IMG/VR virus record: IMGVR_UViG_3300023210_000014
Coordinates: 50,797 to 114,796 of that record
Reading direction: 5' to 3' (one strand)
From: a virus
Taxonomy: Duplodnaviria > Heunggongvirae > Uroviricota > Caudoviricetes
DNA: 64,000 nt
Shown here: positions 62,801 through 64,000 of the stretch, piece by piece
Layout: each line of letters begins with the position of its first letter
How positions within the stretch are numbered: position 1 is the first letter of the stretch
Made by a program: the position numbers and the translations under genes
Notes under the pieces: generated by a model
Seen by the model: only the letters and a program-made list of their open reading frames with translations
What the model was told of the DNA's origin: nothing
Database searches by the model: none

Positions 62801-64000
62801 ATACTTCGGGCACAACTGCTCAAGGTTCGGGAATGGCTGCTCTGGTTTTCTCAGCTGCAAATGAAAATAATTGGGGTGACTTAACACCTCTGCAGGTTGA
62901 GTTAATGTTAAAACGTGGAGCAAGAAATGTAGATTCTTATCATGAAGGAGAACCATATCACCAACTATTAGGTTCGGGTATGTATGATGCTTATAAAACA
63001 CTAACACTTTGGGGAACAGTACCAAGAGATACAGTATTAGTTGGTAACGTATTTATTTCAGGGGACTTAAAGATCCCAGCTGGAGTAACTGTTTCCGTAG
63101 ATCGGACTTTAGACACAAATATATTTATTGCTCCCGATAATATAATGGAAGAAAAATATTATGGAACACATGCAACTAAAATTGATATAGTTGTTGAGGG
63201 TGGCGGAATTTTAAATTTTACTTCTGCCTCCGGGAATGTTACTGTTGGGCCGTGGTTAAAAGATGGAGTTACTGCATCAACTGGAAATTGGGGACTAGTT
63301 GAGGTTGCTGCAGCAGTAGAAGATCCATTTGGGCCTGGGACACCGGCCGGGACTTTTAGTCAAGATGGAGTCGAATTAGTTGGTTCAATGAGTTGGGGTG
63401 GTTCAGCATGTGTTGCACCATCAATAATAAACGATTCATTTTATTCTTCAGAAGCGAATATAACTTTTTATGTTGAAGCAGATGACTGTTCAAATGCAAT
63501 TTTCAGTTGGAATGTTAATGGCGGAACGTGGCACGATATGGTTGAAACCGAAAATGGTTTTCTTCACCGGTTAGATGATTATGATATGACGGCGAATGAA
63601 ACTATAAATGATGGAGATACAGTTTATGGGCGCGTCACTCTTGATTATTGTGATTATGATCCATGTGCATCTGATTGGTTAGATCTGGGATCAACTGCCA
63701 TAACAATTACTCCAGGGCAATCAAGAATCATTTCTATTGCTGCAGCTGAAGTTCCATCCGATATCAACAATTATATATTATTGTTATCCATGACGGAAAC
63801 TTGGTTACTTGATTCAAATAGTGGAGGAATAATTCGCCCGGACGGGTTTGATATTAGATTTGTTGCCGATGCAACTGCATCATACCCTTTTGTTCCACAA
63901 TGGGACGTTGAAAAATATGATGGAACAACAGGAGAACTTGTTGCATGGGTTAAAATTCCAACTTTATCTTCGTCAGCCATTACTTCTTTTGAAATTGGAT
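59815..64000 (+). CDS. large secreted lipoprotein (>1390 aa, 3'-truncated by window end) with subtilase (S8)-like region
   Basis: Signal peptide + lipobox (MKKIFVAMLTTLVVLGGC). The open frame runs to the window edge and is absent from the ORF track because it has no stop. Subtilase-like Asp (ISIGIVDKDF), DDDGNGYIDDYYGWN, His (SQHGTQMAS) and oxyanion (SVGAGNGGS) motifs. The nucleophile position reads GTT rather than GTS in my by-eye alignment. Confidence 0.5.
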   Translation, partial: MKKIFVAMLTTLVVLGGCLTEDYNLRVIRDSERTYIGKDEPDTGNRLRWTDADWSTSHAKVWGSAGVIITNEYNLFDDDADTVKTAWLRDVIDTGFEGLILLDYNPDIVPTSWATAIEGSYGREVYNSVFNAGKSLSTRTLKVDGTSDEVVAVDEMYGNVNFINPVAFSDEAGFSGELIGILENHINALSTKFDFANKNIEIGIQLAHFDYQSYWPMDKYSIGDQIDPYDLGRPADNYSLTDMNNFDDYYDDIVNALNVYPWFISAAGTRLIDGPTGTLISFNVLNGYFFPEVNPINVDANIILANTMRDAGSTPLVPNESFMIIAGVQEDEYHVASGNQLDYITMINKLIQAGIYFTPGSDDTPDTWFDFPNYLPGDWWYRINEDVAWNSNPNNPDYLTLRRHPTSFRASTGLPPWETSYLELSSSEWDVSDAGSFTVTNSSGTDDLIYTLNSIQTAAGLVWQPVMDIAITNFDVEITLTPGQEQIHNVTYTPHWYYDAQDLTVLTNISATPVVNIVTNGPVLNPEWKILNDSFTDNWDPPSATYNATMTVDPDHKRVVPNDFWYNHTHGVLGYYDELGGADLTTDITADPTHERFWHMNDDYLNLERAWAISTGDSNISIGIVDKDFESRSLDIDTGNGGGSRKFWNFGELTDDGTLTGANIVGNGLDDDGNGYIDDYYGWNMLNSSNTPHFTQELIDNATDPYEMSVDIESSQHGTQMASYFCGATNNEGWWIGDGLDLNAAPGSAADNLSVPNQSTNRIAGIASIVWKPKVCGVTGVNSEYIYPASGYEFTSGGAAHIAAGVHYFIDMARRTGQPYADFKVVSLSITAYNAMVEHAFYRAYEENILISVGAGNGGSTPVMTIGQHPTVLTNGALQYDYDRWYQGTWPQPEGFDGDISSSNYGPLVDMSGLAAESSNGWHYADPQSDGEFWPFSHVDGHNQMFTLGHMGYYKEGVVGGTGRVRDEHYFTGNHLEVDPARYFYGVTGIQYTAAHTSGTTAQGSGMAALVFSAANENNWGDLTPLQVELMLKRGARNVDSYHEGEPYHQLLGSGMYDAYKTLTLWGTVPRDTVLVGNVFISGDLKIPAGVTVSVDRTLDTNIFIAPDNIMEEKYYGTHATKIDIVVEGGGILNFTSASGNVTVGPWLKDGVTASTGNWGLVEVAAAVEDPFGPGTPAGTFSQDGVELVGSMSWGGSACVAPSIINDSFYSSEANITFYVEADDCSNAIFSWNVNGGTWHDMVETENGFLHRLDDYDMTANETINDGDTVYGRVTLDYCDYDPCASDWLDLGSTAITITPGQSRIISIAAAEVPSDINNYILLLSMTETWLLDSNSGGIIRPDGFDIRFVADATASYPFVPQWDVEKYDGTTGELVAWVKIPTLSSSAITSFEIG

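Overview
The whole window reads as a densely coded, AT-rich double-stranded DNA phage genome segment, with almost every gene on the + strand. The genes have strong GGAG-type ribosome-binding sites. They sit behind at least 9 copies of one conserved sigma70-like promoter (GG-TTTACA-N16/17-GATATAATG) and several clear rho-independent terminators.

Gene content by region:
- 1.3-7.6 kb: a contractile-tail module. It contains a Gly-rich tape measure protein, a post-TMP tail protein, a LysM-like tail protein X and a gpD-like protein.
- 9-25.5 kb: a T4-like replication and recombination set. It contains a gp32-like Zn SSB, a RecA/UvsX recombinase, an RNase H/FEN, a DnaB/gp41-like helicase, a class II-like ribonucleotide reductase and a family B DNA polymerase. 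A separate 302-aa family-A-polymerase-like palm protein lies at 7.9 kb.
- Nucleotide metabolism: dNMP kinase, dUTPase, dCMP deaminase, ThyX and two HAD nucleotidases.
- Lysis: an amidase_2/PGRP-type endolysin.
- At least four free-standing homing-endonuclease-like genes: two GIY-YIG (one with a tandemly duplicated NUMOD3 segment), one NUMOD3 + PD-(D/E)xK, and one Vsr/DUF559-like.

The most unusual region is 33-42 kb and is split into two operons:
- The first encodes a glycosyltransferase, an HD phosphohydrolase, a LicD-family phosphotransferase, a sulfotransferase-like protein and a TagD-like cytidylyltransferase.
- The second encodes a MazG-like NTP pyrophosphatase, a divergent thymidylate-synthase/pyrimidine-hydroxymethylase homolog (while a ThyX is also present), an asparagine-synthetase-like amidotransferase, a SAM-methyltransferase-like protein, an HExxH protein and ThyX.
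I read this as a candidate, undescribed DNA base hypermodification pathway. A cell-surface tailoring role for the first operon is the alternative.

The second highlight is a tandem array of about 10 small paralogous genes at 56.8-59.5 kb. All share an N-terminal R-(M/I)-x-E-L-A-G-(I/L) peptide conserved at protein but not DNA level. They look like candidate capsid-targeted internal/injected proteins.

Late-module genes lie at 52-56.7 kb: a gp55-like late sigma factor, gpV-like, gp25/gpW-like and gpJ-like baseplate proteins. The window ends in a >1390-aa lipoprotein with a subtilase-like region that runs off the edge.

I found no rRNA, tRNA, CRISPR array, integrase or transposase. The host is probably a low-GC bacterium with sigma70/SD-dependent expression; that is inference only.
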